64,000 nt of DNA from Lama guanicoe (Eukaryota), in the NCBI GenBank assembly GCA_013239625.1, contig MU053934.1, positions 7,647,352-7,711,351 of the forward strand, read 5' to 3'. Positions 1-11,540 of this stretch are shown here, in pieces. Within the stretch, counting starts at the first letter, position 1. The number at the start of each line of letters is the position of its first letter. The notes under the pieces were generated by a model. That model searched no databases and was not told the DNA's origin. It worked only from the letters and a program-made list of their open reading frames with translations. The position numbers were made by a program, and so were the translations under genes.

Positions 1-22
1 CTTGAGCTCTACCCTCCCCTCC
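1..22 (-). mobile_element. 5' head of a tRNA-derived SINE, cut by the window edge
   Basis: The reverse complement ggaggggagggtagagctcaag matches the head of the full SINE copy at 3149-3298. Confidence 0.55.
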
Positions 23-584
23 AAAAATAGTTGGTTTTATTAAGAAGTATTTAAAAACTAGGAACCTTTAGTCTTAGTCATTTCCAAATACTTATTTCAG
101 TTGCTACTGCAAAAAATCTTGTTTGGGGCCAATTTTTCCCCCTTTAAATGGGTTGTCTGTAGGTGTCAGAAGGTACCAGCGGGACTTTTTGGGAGAAGGT
201 TTGTCCAGTAACTCGAGGGCCCGATATATCCCCCTAGGGCTGTCAAACCCCAGGTGAAACCCATGCTAGGAATTTTCTGGTAGGGTGGAAGCAGGTACAG
301 GCTCCTGGCCTGGAGCCTCTCAGTTAGGTCTTCCTGATGAAGAGGGGAGGGTGAGGGGGCCGAGACTCTAGACAGCCACTCAGTCCCTCTCCACCTCAAA
401 CCTTGATGACGTCTGAAGTTCTAGAATTATTTGCTTCTAAGATTAGAATAATTGGCCTCCAGGGTGCTCAGATTCTGTAAAAGTGGCATTTTTAGGACTG
501 TTAAGAGTTCCTAGAACCTACCGTTCTACCTACTCACAATTCTAGTGTCTGGGATTCAGGGCCCTTGGTTCTCTTTCTAAGATT

Positions 585-2390
585 CTTTTAAAATTTAAAT
601 TATGGTTAAACATACATAACATTTACCATTTTAACCTTTTTAAAGTGCACAGTTCAGTGGCATTACGTACGTTCACACTGTTGTGCAACCATCACCACCA
701 TCCATCTCCTGAACTCTTCATCTTCCCATACTGAAACACTGTCTCCATTAAACACTGCCTCCCCCTCCCCCTCCCCCAGCCCCCATCACTCTGTCTCTCT
801 GAATTTGACTGCAGGGACCTCATATAAATAGAATCATGCAGTATTTGTTCTTCTGTGGCAGGCTTATTTCACTGAGCATAATGTCCTCAAGGTTCCTCCA
901 TGGTGTAGCATGAGTCAAATTTACTTCCTTTTCAGGGCTGAATTATATTCTTTGTGTGGACATGCCACCTTGTATTTATCCGTTTGTCTCTTGATGGACA
1001 CTTGAGTTACTCCCGCCTTTTAGCTATTGTGAATGATGCTAATGTGAATATGAGTGTACAAATGCCTGTTTGAGTCCCTGCTTCCAATTCTTCAGGCTAT
1101 ATATGCAGAAACAGAATTGCTGGATTACATGCTAGTTCTAAGTTTTTTGAGAAACCTCTGTACTGTTTTTCCACAGTGGCTGTTCCATTTGACATTCCCA
1201 TCAAATGGTGCACAAAGCTGTCCTTTCTCCACATCTTCACCAGCACGTGCTGTTTTCTGCTTTTCTGATAGTAGCCATCCTGATGGATGTGTGGTTGTCA
1301 TCTCATAGTTTGATTTGCAGCTTCCTAAGGATCAGTGATGTAGAACATCTTTTCATGTGCCTATTGGCCATTTTGGAGAAATCTCAATTCATGTCCTTGT
1401 CTGTTTTTGAGTTAGGTTGTTTGGGTTTTTTTTGTTGTTGTTGAGTTTAGGCGTTCCCTGTATATTCTAGATGCTGACCTCTCACCAGAAATATGATTTG
1501 CAAGTATTTCCTCCATTCTGTGGGTAGCCTTTCCACTCTGCTGAAGTTGTCTTTGATGTACAGAAGTTTTAAATTTTGATAGATTTTCTCCTTTTGTTGC
1601 CTACACTTTTGGTGTCATAGCCAATAAGTCATTGCTAAACCCAGTGTCATGAAGCTTCCCCCGTGTTTGGAGAGTTTTCTAGTTTCAGCTCTTATGTTTC
1701 GATCTTTGTTCTTGTTTGAGTTGACTTTGTTTATGCTGTCAAGTAAGGGGCTGGCTTCATTTTTGCATGTGGATGTCCAGTTTTCCCAGCACCATTTGTT
1801 GAAAAGACCGTCCTTCCCCAGTTCAATCATCTTGGCACCTTTGTAAGAAATCACTTGACCATATGTGTGAGGGCTTATTTCTGGGCTCTCTGTTCGGTTG
1901 CAGCGGTCTATATGCTCGTCTGTATGCCGCTGCCATACTGTTTTAATTACTGCAGCTTTGTAGTCAGTTTTGAAATCAGCGAGTGTGTCTTCCAACTTTT
2001 TCTTTTTCAAGATTATTTTGGCAGTTCAGGGTCCCTCGAGATTCCATATGAATTTTAGGATGGATTTTCTGTTTCTGAAAGAAATGTCATTGAGATTTTG
2101 GTCAAGATTCCATTGAATCTATAGTTGGTTTTGAGTAGTTTTGACATCTTAAGAACATGAACATGAAGTCTTCCAACCCAGGAGCTCGGGATGTCTTTCC
2201 ACTTACTGGTGTCTTCTTTAGTCTCTTCCAGCAAACATTTTGGAGTTTTCAATGTATAAATCTTTCACCCCCTTGGTTAAATTTAATCCTAAGTATTTTA
2301 CTCTTTTTGATGCTATTGCAAATAGGGTTGTTTTCTTAATATCCTTTTCAGGTTGTTTATCGTTAGTATATAGGAACGCAACTGCTTGTT
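585..2390 (-). mobile_element. 5'-truncated LINE-1 (3' end plus ORF2 C-terminal remnant), L1MA/L1MB-like
   Basis: Minus-strand ORFs 1615-2010 (DFKTDYKAAVIKTVW...ESPEISPHTYGQ...LFNKWCWENW), 2055-2252 (KWKDIPSSWVGRL) and 2218-2448 (KYLGLNLTKGVKDLY) are recognisable degenerate L1 ORF2 peptides. A typical L1 3' UTR lies at 585-1000. Boundaries are approximate. Confidence 0.9.
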
Positions 2391-3148
2391 TTGCCCATCG
2401 TTTTCGTATCCTGCACCTTTGCCGAACTCGTTTAATTTGTTCTAACATCTGTATTGCTTTTCAAAATGGTCTTTATAAAGGCTTGTTTACAGCAGCCACA
2501 GATATCTCCAACAAAATTATGTTGTTTAAAATAGAGTCATTGAGAACTCCTCATAAGAGGGGAGACTTTGTAAGGATTCAAGTATATGGTGACTTTTTTT
2601 CTGAGGAATGTTTTATGCAAAAACTCTAGCATATGTGTTATATCTTGGTGGTTGTGACAGACATGAAGACATCGCGGCTTCAGCTGCAGATGGATCTGGG
2701 TTCAGACTCCCACTTCTCTGCTTACCAATTTGGTAGTTATTTAACCTCACGGAGCCCCCAACTTCTTCTTCTGCCAATATACTGCCTGTTTCCTGGGGCT
2801 GTTGTGAGGGTTAGACAGAGGGCATGCAGAGGCCTGTCTCCGACTGTCAGCAGGTGCCACCTGTGATGTCATTAGTGGCAGTCTGCCCTGCCAGGTGAGG
2901 CGCTGCCTGGCCTGATCACCTGCCTTTGATCCTGGTTGCCAGAGTCATCCCAGCACTTAGACCCTCCGAATCTTAGAGGGGTAAACCAGGTTAGGCTTCC
3001 TGCCTGTTCTGTCTCCTGATCAGTCTTACCTGTGACCCCTTTTAATATGGTTCTAGGTTTTTGAGCAACAGGCAGAACAAGTGAGAGGTCAGGCTTCCCT
3101 GGGGGAGCTAGGAAGTCGACTGGGAGTGCCTGGCCCCGATGCCTTCTT

Positions 3149-3298
3149 GTTTTTTGACTTTTATTTTACTATTTGTTAGGGGGAGATAATTAGGCTTTTA
3201 ATTAATAATTAATTAAAGTGGAGGTACTGGGGATGGACCCCAGGACCTCAAGCATGCTAAGCACACACTCTACCACTGAGCTATACCCTCCCCTCTCT
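3149..3298 (-). mobile_element. tRNA-derived SINE (camelid-type) with 11-bp target-site duplication
   Basis: Minus strand reads gggagggtatagctcagtggtagagtgtgtgcttagcatgcttgaggtcctggggtccatccccagtacc (Pol III A box and degenerate B box), followed by an AT-rich tail. It is flanked by the direct repeat gatgccttctt at 3138-3148 and 3299-3309. Confidence 0.9.
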
Positions 3299-3849
3299 GA
3301 TGCCTTCTTTTTATTTAATTAAACATTTTATTTACATTAAGGTAATACATGTACACAATGAGTCACAACGTGCTACAAGGCTTACAGTAAAGCCAGCAGC
3401 CCCTTCTCCAGCTCCCCTCCCCAGTCCTGAGTCCCATTCCCCGTGCCAACCTGGTAGTTGCTGCTTTATTACCACAGTGTCTCTAAGTAACAGCCTTAAA
3501 TTGCTGTTTTTTTATTTTTCCATTTTACACATACTTTTTAATGTTTTACAATGAAAAATAAAAATATAGAGACTGTCTCTCTACCCATATATATACATTT
3601 CTTCTCTTATCCTTTTAATATATTCCCATTATGGTTTTTGGTTAAATATCCATTGTATAACCTATTGTCTTTCCTGAAGTAGTTAATTGCTTGGTTTGTG
3701 TGCTTGTTTTTCCAGGCCCCCATCTTGGTCTACCCCCGTCTCCCTCAGAGTTTTAAGTGCCCCTTAGCAGTGTGGTGAGCTGTGCCAGGCTGTCTGTTGG
3801 CTCGTTTTTCTTGTCCTTCCTGAGCCTCCGACACCGGGTCTGGACTGGC

Positions 3850-4700
3850 TGCCGTCCAGGCCTGTGAACACTCGTTGTCCTGGGATGTCCCTTCACCATC
3901 TTCTTCCTTTGCCTTCTTTCTGTCTTGGAGCCTCTGCTTCTGGGATCCCATGACTTTTTCTTGGTTTACTCCCTCATTTTGGTGGAACACACCCTCCAGT
4001 AGCTTTCTGAGAAAGAATGTACTGGAGAGTAATGTTTGGCAAAGTTGCGTGTCAGAAAAAGTCTTTATTCTGTCCTCAGTCTTCACTGATAGTTTGCCTG
4101 GATGTAGAGTTCTAGGTAGAAAAATCATCTTCCCTCAGAATTTGGAGGGCATTGCTCCATATTCTTTTAGTTTCCAGTGTCGCTGTTCAGATATCTCATC
4201 CTTTGTTTACGACCTGTTTTGTTTCTGGACAGTGTGCCTCGAGGGTGGGTGTTTTTCATTCATTATTGTGGGCACTGAGGTAACCCTTTTAATGAAGCAA
4301 ACATCGTCCTTTAATCTGGGGACATTCTCTCATACACTTTTCCCCGAAATTCCCCTCCTCTCTTTTCTCCTGACTTCTTTTCCGTAGTACTCAGATGTTA
4401 GACCTCTGGTTTGGATTCTCTGATTTTTGTCTCTTTCCTGGCCTGGTCCTCACTTCACTGTCTTTGTGTTTCAGTTTCTGGGAGAGTTCCTCAACCCCAT
4501 CTTTCTACTCTTTAACCAAAAATTTAAAATTCTGCCACATTTTAATTTTTTTTAAGAGCACCCTTCTAGAGTTTCATGGGTGCAATATCTTCTATCATCT
4601 CACAGACGGTGGTAATTATATATAAACTACCCCCCACCCTGGCATCAGCCCTGTTTCCTCTCCAATTTCCTTTCTTCTTGTTTTGGCCTCTGCCTCTGTT
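3850..4700 (-). mobile_element. Old L1 ORF1-like / HAL1-like fragment
   Basis: ORF 3745-4128(-) contains PRTLHPGKLSVKTEDRIKTFSD...LRKLLEGVFHQNE, resembling the L1 ORF1p C-terminal motif PRILYPAKLSF..EG.IKTF. Boundaries are approximate. Confidence 0.7.
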
Positions 4701-4783
4701 TTCAGCTTGGAGGTTTTTTCTCAGAGGCCTGGTGATCCCATGTGTTGTGTTTGAGAACCAGACATCTGAAAGCTGTGGGTAAG

Positions 4784-4784
<1 letters not shown>

Positions 4785-4818
<34 letters not shown>
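4785..4818. repeat. (TG)17 microsatellite
   Basis: Perfect dinucleotide run read directly. Confidence 0.95.
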
Positions 4819-4820
<2 letters not shown>

Positions 4821-7309
4821 GGGGGCGGGGATGGACCATGATGGGGACCTGGCCATCTCTCTGGGGAGTCTCTGATATCAACAGCTATAAGTTTTTCCTC
4901 CTGGACCTGTCTTTCCCCCAGAGATGAGTTCCCCAGTTTCCACACTGGCTTCCAGAATTTAAGAGCTCAGTGGGGAAGGGGCCTGGGGTCTCCACAGTCA
5001 CGTTGTTCTCCTGCTGGTCAGCCTCCAGCCTCACTGCCCATCCTCCCTCGAGCCTGATGGTCCCTAAATGTGGCTCTGTGAAGCTGTTATCTTCCCTTGA
5101 GAGTGTGCACCCTCTCTTCTATGGAGATTTTGGGGTGAAGGGAATGGTGTGAGGGGTGCTGGGGCAGGGGGCCTGGGCCTACCTGTAGGTTCCAGGTCAG
5201 ACCTTGCTCCTAAGCCTGGAACCCTGAGCCACCTGGGGCTCTGGCCACAGCGTGTTTTGCATCTTGAGGAGGGTCATACCTTTTTATTCTTTTACTGTCG
5301 ACTTCACAAGATGTCAGCAAAATGCCCTGTCCTGTGTAAGCACCCTTTTTGTCCTGCTGTTTGATGCTATTAACACCTGCTTTGGGAACCCCCATCCCGG
5401 AACCACCTGGAGGGTCTTAGAACGCTGAAAGGACTCTCAGAGTTCAGGACCTCTGTGTCACCTCCTCATGGGACAGATGGGGACACTGGGGCCTGAGAAG
5501 GTCAAGGCCTTACCCTGAGTCCGGTGAGCTGGGGCAGAGCTGAGGTCAAACAAATTTGCAGTAATTAAATTAGCCTTCTGGAATATTCCATCGTGGATTG
5601 CTGGCGGGACCTTCGGTGAGTCATTGACCTCACCATCTGACCCTTGGCATCTGTCCTAAGTGAATGATTCCGTGCATATGTATGAGATCCCACCCTATAG
5701 CCAGCCCTGTGCCAGGCGTAGGTCCCAGCCCGGGAGGAGCACTGGGCTGGTGGGAAAGGCTGACACCCCAGCCGACAGCGGGAGCACAGGCTGGGCGGGA
5801 GGGGGCCCGAGTGCCAGGGCTGGGTGAAAGCGAGTGCTCATACAAGGCGTCCTGGAGGAAATGGCACTTGGGCCCACTGGAGAAGGGTGAGTTGAATTGG
5901 AGTTGACTCAGAAAGCAGGGCAGAAAGAGAGTCCAAGGTGAGTTGAACAGCATGTGTAGAGGTTAGGAGGCCTGAAGCAGCCCAGAGGGCTGTGGAAAGG
6001 TCAGGGTACCAGTGGGGCCTGGCCTGGAGGCAGCATCGTAGCCTTGAGTTCTGAATACATGTTGCATCCTTGGGTACCAGCTTGTGAGGGCCATGGTGGG
6101 CCTTTTTTGAAGTGTTTGGGCCTGTGTGTTCTGTCAGGCTATGACCTCTGGGGAGGGCCCTACAAAATCTTTCTGGCTACAGGAGACCTAAATTTTGGGA
6201 GAAGCACAAAGTCATAAGTCACATGTGCTCTGCAGTAGCAATTAAAACGAGCATTTAATGATGATTAGGACTGAATATTCCTGTTTTTAAAACATTTCCC
6301 AGGAAAAACAAATGTTTGAAAGTTAAACATTTTGGCTATTAGGAGGAAACAGAAGAAAAATTGCTTTCGCCTTTTAAATCTGGGCATCAATGTTTGGTTG
6401 TGAATCCAGGGCCCTCGCACGTGGGACCCGAGCGGGCCAGGCAAGGCTGGGTGGCAGGGCTGGGCCTGCCCTCTCGGGATGTGTCTGTCCCACTCAGGCC
6501 TGGGCTGGTGACCTGGACCCAGTGCTGCCGTGTGACCCCAGGCACGTGACCTCTTTTCTCCTCTTCATCTCCCCAGCTGACATTTCTGGGTTTCATAATT
6601 GAGCACGGCATTTAACCCTCCTAACAGCCTCCTAAGATGATAACAGCTGCCATTCAGTTTGTATAAATCATGCCTTTCGTTTCTGAATTCAGGGTCTTTG
6701 GCATCTCGGGGGCTGGCAGAGCCTGGAGGGACCCCCCCCCCCACTAATTTTAGGGTTAGCTCATTCTAGAGATGGTAAAGGACTCACCTCTGGGCATACC
6801 TTTCACAAGCCAACCAGCCGATCCAGAGACCACACCCCACCCTGGCCACCTCCTGTGTGGGGCTCCCACACACACTGCCCTGATCACCCCAAGGCCTGGC
6901 AGCAGGCAACTTGCGACAGCCCTGTGCCCCAGAGCCTGCCCAGATTATCCAAACTGGCCCGTCCTCCGCCCTCTTGCCCCGTTTCTAGAGAGCTGGGAGT
7001 GTAAGTTCGTCCTCAGGACAGTCACTTTCGTGTCTTCCAGTCTTACCACGCCTGATTAAAATAAACCTCGGTAGGAGCACAGTGCGGGCGCTTTGCAGGT
7101 CTTTCCTAGTGTGATTGCAGCAAGAACTCTGCGAGGAACTCTAAGCATTCTGCCTTTATAGAGGAGGTCGCTGAGGCCCAGAGAAGTGAGGGTTTTCACT
7201 CCAGGCCGGAAGCCAGCAAGAGGCAGAGATGGGGTTCAGACTTGCTTTCTAACGGTGTCTAGAAGCGTTGAGTGTAAATCGCTCATCACAGGGCCCAGCA
7301 GCAGGGAAG

Positions 7310-7860
7310 GGCCACGGCGGGGTCACCAGATTCCGCAGGGCGCAGCCCGGGCAGTGTGTCCCCGTCTCTCAGCCCCGCCGTTGGCCCGGGCACCCGTGGT
7401 GTTCAGCCTCCCGCGCCGTTCGGGCCGCGCACAGAACCCCCGGCCTGCATCGCTGGTGCGCATCCTCCGCGAGCGCGCGGCCGTGGGATGCCGGCGCTGG
7501 CGGCCGGGCGCCCGAGCCGCCCGGAGCCCCCGCGGCGGCCGGAGCCCGACTCGCGGAGCTCTCTCCACGCCAGTTATTCTAGACCAAGCGTCATCCCAAG
7601 AAGTCTGCTCATGTGAATCTCCCAGACGTCGGCGAGTGTTTAAACAGAACTGTCAAAGACGCACTCAAAATGCAATCAGAGATCGTCACGCTGTCTCTTT
7701 CTTCCGCTCCCCTCCGCGGTGCTCCGCGAGGCGGGGATGGGCGGAAGGAGCCGTGAGTGGGCATTTGCCTGATGGCGGCTGCATTTAGAGAACACGAAAG
7801 CCCCGCCGGGCTCCATGCGCCGCTCCGGGAACGGCATAGATGAGGGAGAAGCGTGCACGT
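7310..7860. promoter_or_regulatory. Intronic CpG island in MPPED1 (candidate enhancer or alternative promoter)
   Basis: About 550 bp dense in CpG (e.g. gagcgcgcggccg, ccccgcggcggccgg) against CpG-depleted flanks. No repeat recognised. Confidence 0.7.
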
Positions 7861-9569
7861 ATCTTGTTGAATTTAACAGATTATGCAGTTTGGAGGCAGC
7901 ACTTCCTGTTAAATGGGATGGGTGAGTGTCAGCGGTGAAGAGCTGAAACCTTTCGGAGGGAGATTAATCTTGGAAGCACAAGTAGCGGAGATTCCTTTGC
8001 GTCCCTCTTTTGCGTGCACGGTTTCTGCTGTATAGAATCTACATGTGGATGCGTATCTATTGGGGTATCGATGTCAAATTAAAAGTTATAACAGCATGGG
8101 CATCTTCCAGGGCTCTGCTGATTAATACCTGATAGCCTTTTTTAGCCCCAGCAAATCCATGGCTAGCAAAGGCCAGGATCTCAAGTGATCTGGCTGAGAA
8201 GGAGGGAAGCATTTTGGAAAGATGGGCTGAACGTTATCACACAGAATACAAATGCTTAACAATGCCCACCCGTTCTGAGAAGCAGGGAGGAGCGCTGGTT
8301 TCCATGAGGATGTGCTGCTTCCCAGAGATCCGAGGCTGGGAGAGCAGAGCCCTGGCTCACCCAGCATGGCCCACCCAGCCCGGGAGCTAAGCCATCCCTC
8401 GAGTCCCTGCACTACTCTGCCTGAATGTCCTCCGAACTTTCCTGCCCTCAGCTCCCTGAGCATGTCCTACCAGAGGCTGATGTGACACAGCTCTTCTGCG
8501 TTCTGGGTGTGGGAGGCCAGGGTTCGAGTGCTGGTTCTCTGCTGTCTGGCTGTGTGACCTCAGGCAAGCCCCTTCCCTCTCTGGGCTCCAGGTTCCTCCT
8601 CTGTCCAATAAGTGGTGTGGATTGGAAGCTCTGCATGTCATTTCTGGTGCTGCCGTCATGACTGAGCCTTGGTCACCAGTGTGTCCCCAGCAGTGCCTCA
8701 TCCAGCTTCTGGAGCACAGCTCGCACTCAGTCAGAGCTTGTGGGCAGCTGACCAGGGCTCGGGCGTTTACAGTAGGGCCCATCTTCAGGGAAGAAAGTAA
8801 GTTTCCAGCTTGATGGGCTTTTGCGACAGGCTAGCTTGATTCTTTGCTTCTGAGCTGAGGGAGGTGGGTGTAAAAAGGCATCGGGCCCATTCGTCCCCTC
8901 TGGGAGCATCACCAAGCTGGCACGGCCACCCAGACACCTGCTGGAGAACCCCTCCTCCGGCCAGGGATCAGGTGCTGCCGGGAAGGACAGCCATGAGAAG
9001 GGGCAAAGGGAACAGCATTAATTTCTTCTGGGCAGGCATCGGGCAGAAGAGTTTATACTCATCTCATTTTTTTCTCCACCAAGTCCCTACAAATTAATTA
9101 GTTTTGAGGCCCCCCAAACACTCCCCCATTCACTACCCAAGTACAGGAGGGGGATGTGAAGCTAAGCCAGAGAGCCTCTGATGATTGGTCATTGAGCATT
9201 TTATCCACAGTCAGGTTGATAAGTGCTATGGGGTGATGTGAGCACCTGATGCAGCGTTAGGTTATAACGACAGAGGGAGCAGCCCCTGAATGGATAACAG
9301 CTTTCCCACTGGCCTCCGTGGCCGTCAAGCCACACCGGAGCCTTCATTTTGGTCTCCCACCTCTGCCTGCAAGAGAGCAGGTCCAATGGGAGAAGAGTCA
9401 GGGAGGGTCGGTCAGGATTATGGGTGAGGGAGGCTGGTCTGAAAACAAGTCTCTCCAGGACAGTTGGAGGAAGAATTTGGAGGAAAGAGAGGGATCCAGG
9501 CAGACAGAGGTCAGTTGGCATAAAGGAGACAGAGCTAGCTCAGGATGGATTGATCGATTTGTAAGTGCA

Positions 9570-9690
9570 TTCATCCATCTCTCTCCATCCATTCGTCTAT
9601 TCACAATCCATCCATCCATTCATTCATCATCCATCTGTCCTCCATCCACCCATTATCTGTCCTCCACCCATCATCCATCCGTTGATCTGT
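9570..9690. repeat. (TCCA)n-type degenerate simple repeat
   Basis: Repeated tccatcca/ttca units. Confidence 0.85.
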
Positions 9691-11394
9691 CTCCTCACTG
9701 AGGCAGTGTAGCATGATGGTGCCAGTGCAGGATGAATTTGATGAGGCCAAGCCACAAAGACTGTCAAATGCCCATTGCCCTCTGTGCTTGTTCACCACTT
9801 TATTATTGATTTGTGTCACCTCTCTGACCCTTGGTTTTCCCAGAGGTAAAATGGGGATAGTGATACTGAAGTGTCCTTGAAGGTTACACATAGTTGGCGA
9901 GTTGCCGAGTCCAAGTGACCATCCAGACAGGTGTGTTTGTGGCTGGACCTCCAGCTTAGAAGGGCATGGTGCTGGAAGGTTCCTGTGTTCACAGACGAGC
10001 CCCTCACCTCCAAACCATGTGGCACCCGCCTTTCTGGGACAGACCAGACAGTGTTTGAGGGTGTCATGCAGCATGTTGTGACCCCTGCCCCCTGCCTGGC
10101 TTTTTGTACGAGAGCTGGTCCTTGTCCCCGTTCACCCTTCCCTGGAAGGGAAGAAGCCTCAGTTACCTCCTCTGATCCGAGGTCGGGGAACAGAGGAGAG
10201 CTGACACTCCTGCCCACTTCCTCATCCCTGGTAGTCGGGAGCTGCGGAAATAAATGAAACTGTACGTACAGTTGGAGTAATTCACTAATTTGCTTAAGTC
10301 ACACCCCGAGTCAGAGACAAGACATGAACACATCAGTTCAGCTCCAGCTCCCCCAGCCGGGGTAGCGGTCGGAGCGGGATGGACGGGTGATGTGAGTGGA
10401 GACGCAGAGCACCAGAACTTGAAGGCAGTCAGCGGCGGCCACTGCTCCAGCCCCTCCTGCGGTGTGGCAAGGGGCTCCCCAGCTGGCTGCGGTCTGGTGG
10501 CCTTGAAAGGATCTGAGCTGCTGACCCAGAGGTGTGGGGTCAGCTGGACCAGTGTCTGGCATCACCTCCCCAGCTCACCTGGGGGCAGGTTCCTGACCTC
10601 AGAGCCTCACTCTCCAGCTTCGAGGTGGAGGTGACAGCCTTCCTAGGGAGGGTCTGTGGGGATTTGAGGGCCCAGCCCCTTACTAATGGTGGCTGCCCCA
10701 CAGTGGGTCCCAGGAAACAGCAGCTTTCTCTGTGCTGCCCTCCACGACCCTTCGTGCTCAGGATGGAGATGGGTGAAGCCAACACATCTACTCTTTGCTT
10801 CTGAAGCTCTCCTGCAAGGGGAACAAGCAGACTGCTTGGCACCCCAGGCCGGGCCCGGCGGGGTGGGCTGGGATGGCAGGGGATGGGTGAGGCGAGGAAG
10901 CAGAGGGCTTGGAGAGCTCACCCCCACGGCCTGGTGGGCAGCACCGCGGGGGCAGGGGCCAGGCTTGTGTTCCCTTTGTGCCTCCAGGGACTGTGCAAAG
11001 GCCCAAAACCCAAACGCTGCGGAGTGCGCAGGACCTTAAAGTGAGGTGGGCTGCTGTGAGTAGTGGGGACGGGTGGGGATGGGGGAACCGACCTCTGCTT
11101 CCCGTCTGCGGGAGGCACAGATACTGAGCACTTGCCTGGGCCAGGGTCCTGAGAATTTTCAAATTGATTGATTGATTTTTTAGAAAATAGAAAGAATGAC
11201 ATTTTATTGGGCATTTGTCTAATTTTTAATGTTGGCAACAAATTCAAATTAAAAAAAAAACCTAGAAAGTTATACCAAACAAAATATGTCTGTGGGCAGG
11301 GCTGGCCTGCAGGCTTCTAGTTTGCAAACTCTGGCCCAGGGAGCCTGACTTTTTTCAAACATCAAAAGTCTTTTGTGCGTTTGCATTCATTGTC

Positions 11395-11540
11395 TTGTGT
11401 AATCCCAAAACAGTCTTGCAAGGAGGCATTATTCTTCCCATTTTACAGGTGAGGAAACAGAGGCCTGGGGGGATTAAATCTCATAGCTGGGGAGTGGCAG
11501 AGCAGGGTCTGGGACCCAGCTGTCTGCGCCTGGAGCCCAC
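11395..11540 (-). mobile_element. MIR SINE
   Basis: MIR core cccattttacaggtgaggaaacagaggc. Representative of many MIR copies in the window. Confidence 0.75.

Noticed and set aside
3220..3295. tRNA gene
   Set aside because: The tRNA-like head has a mutated B box (gggtccatccc) and is followed by a SINE body, tail and TSD, so it is a retroposon.
7186..7788. 200-aa Arg/Pro/Ala-rich ORF
   Set aside because: A stop-poor CpG-island artefact; several overlapping frames are open.
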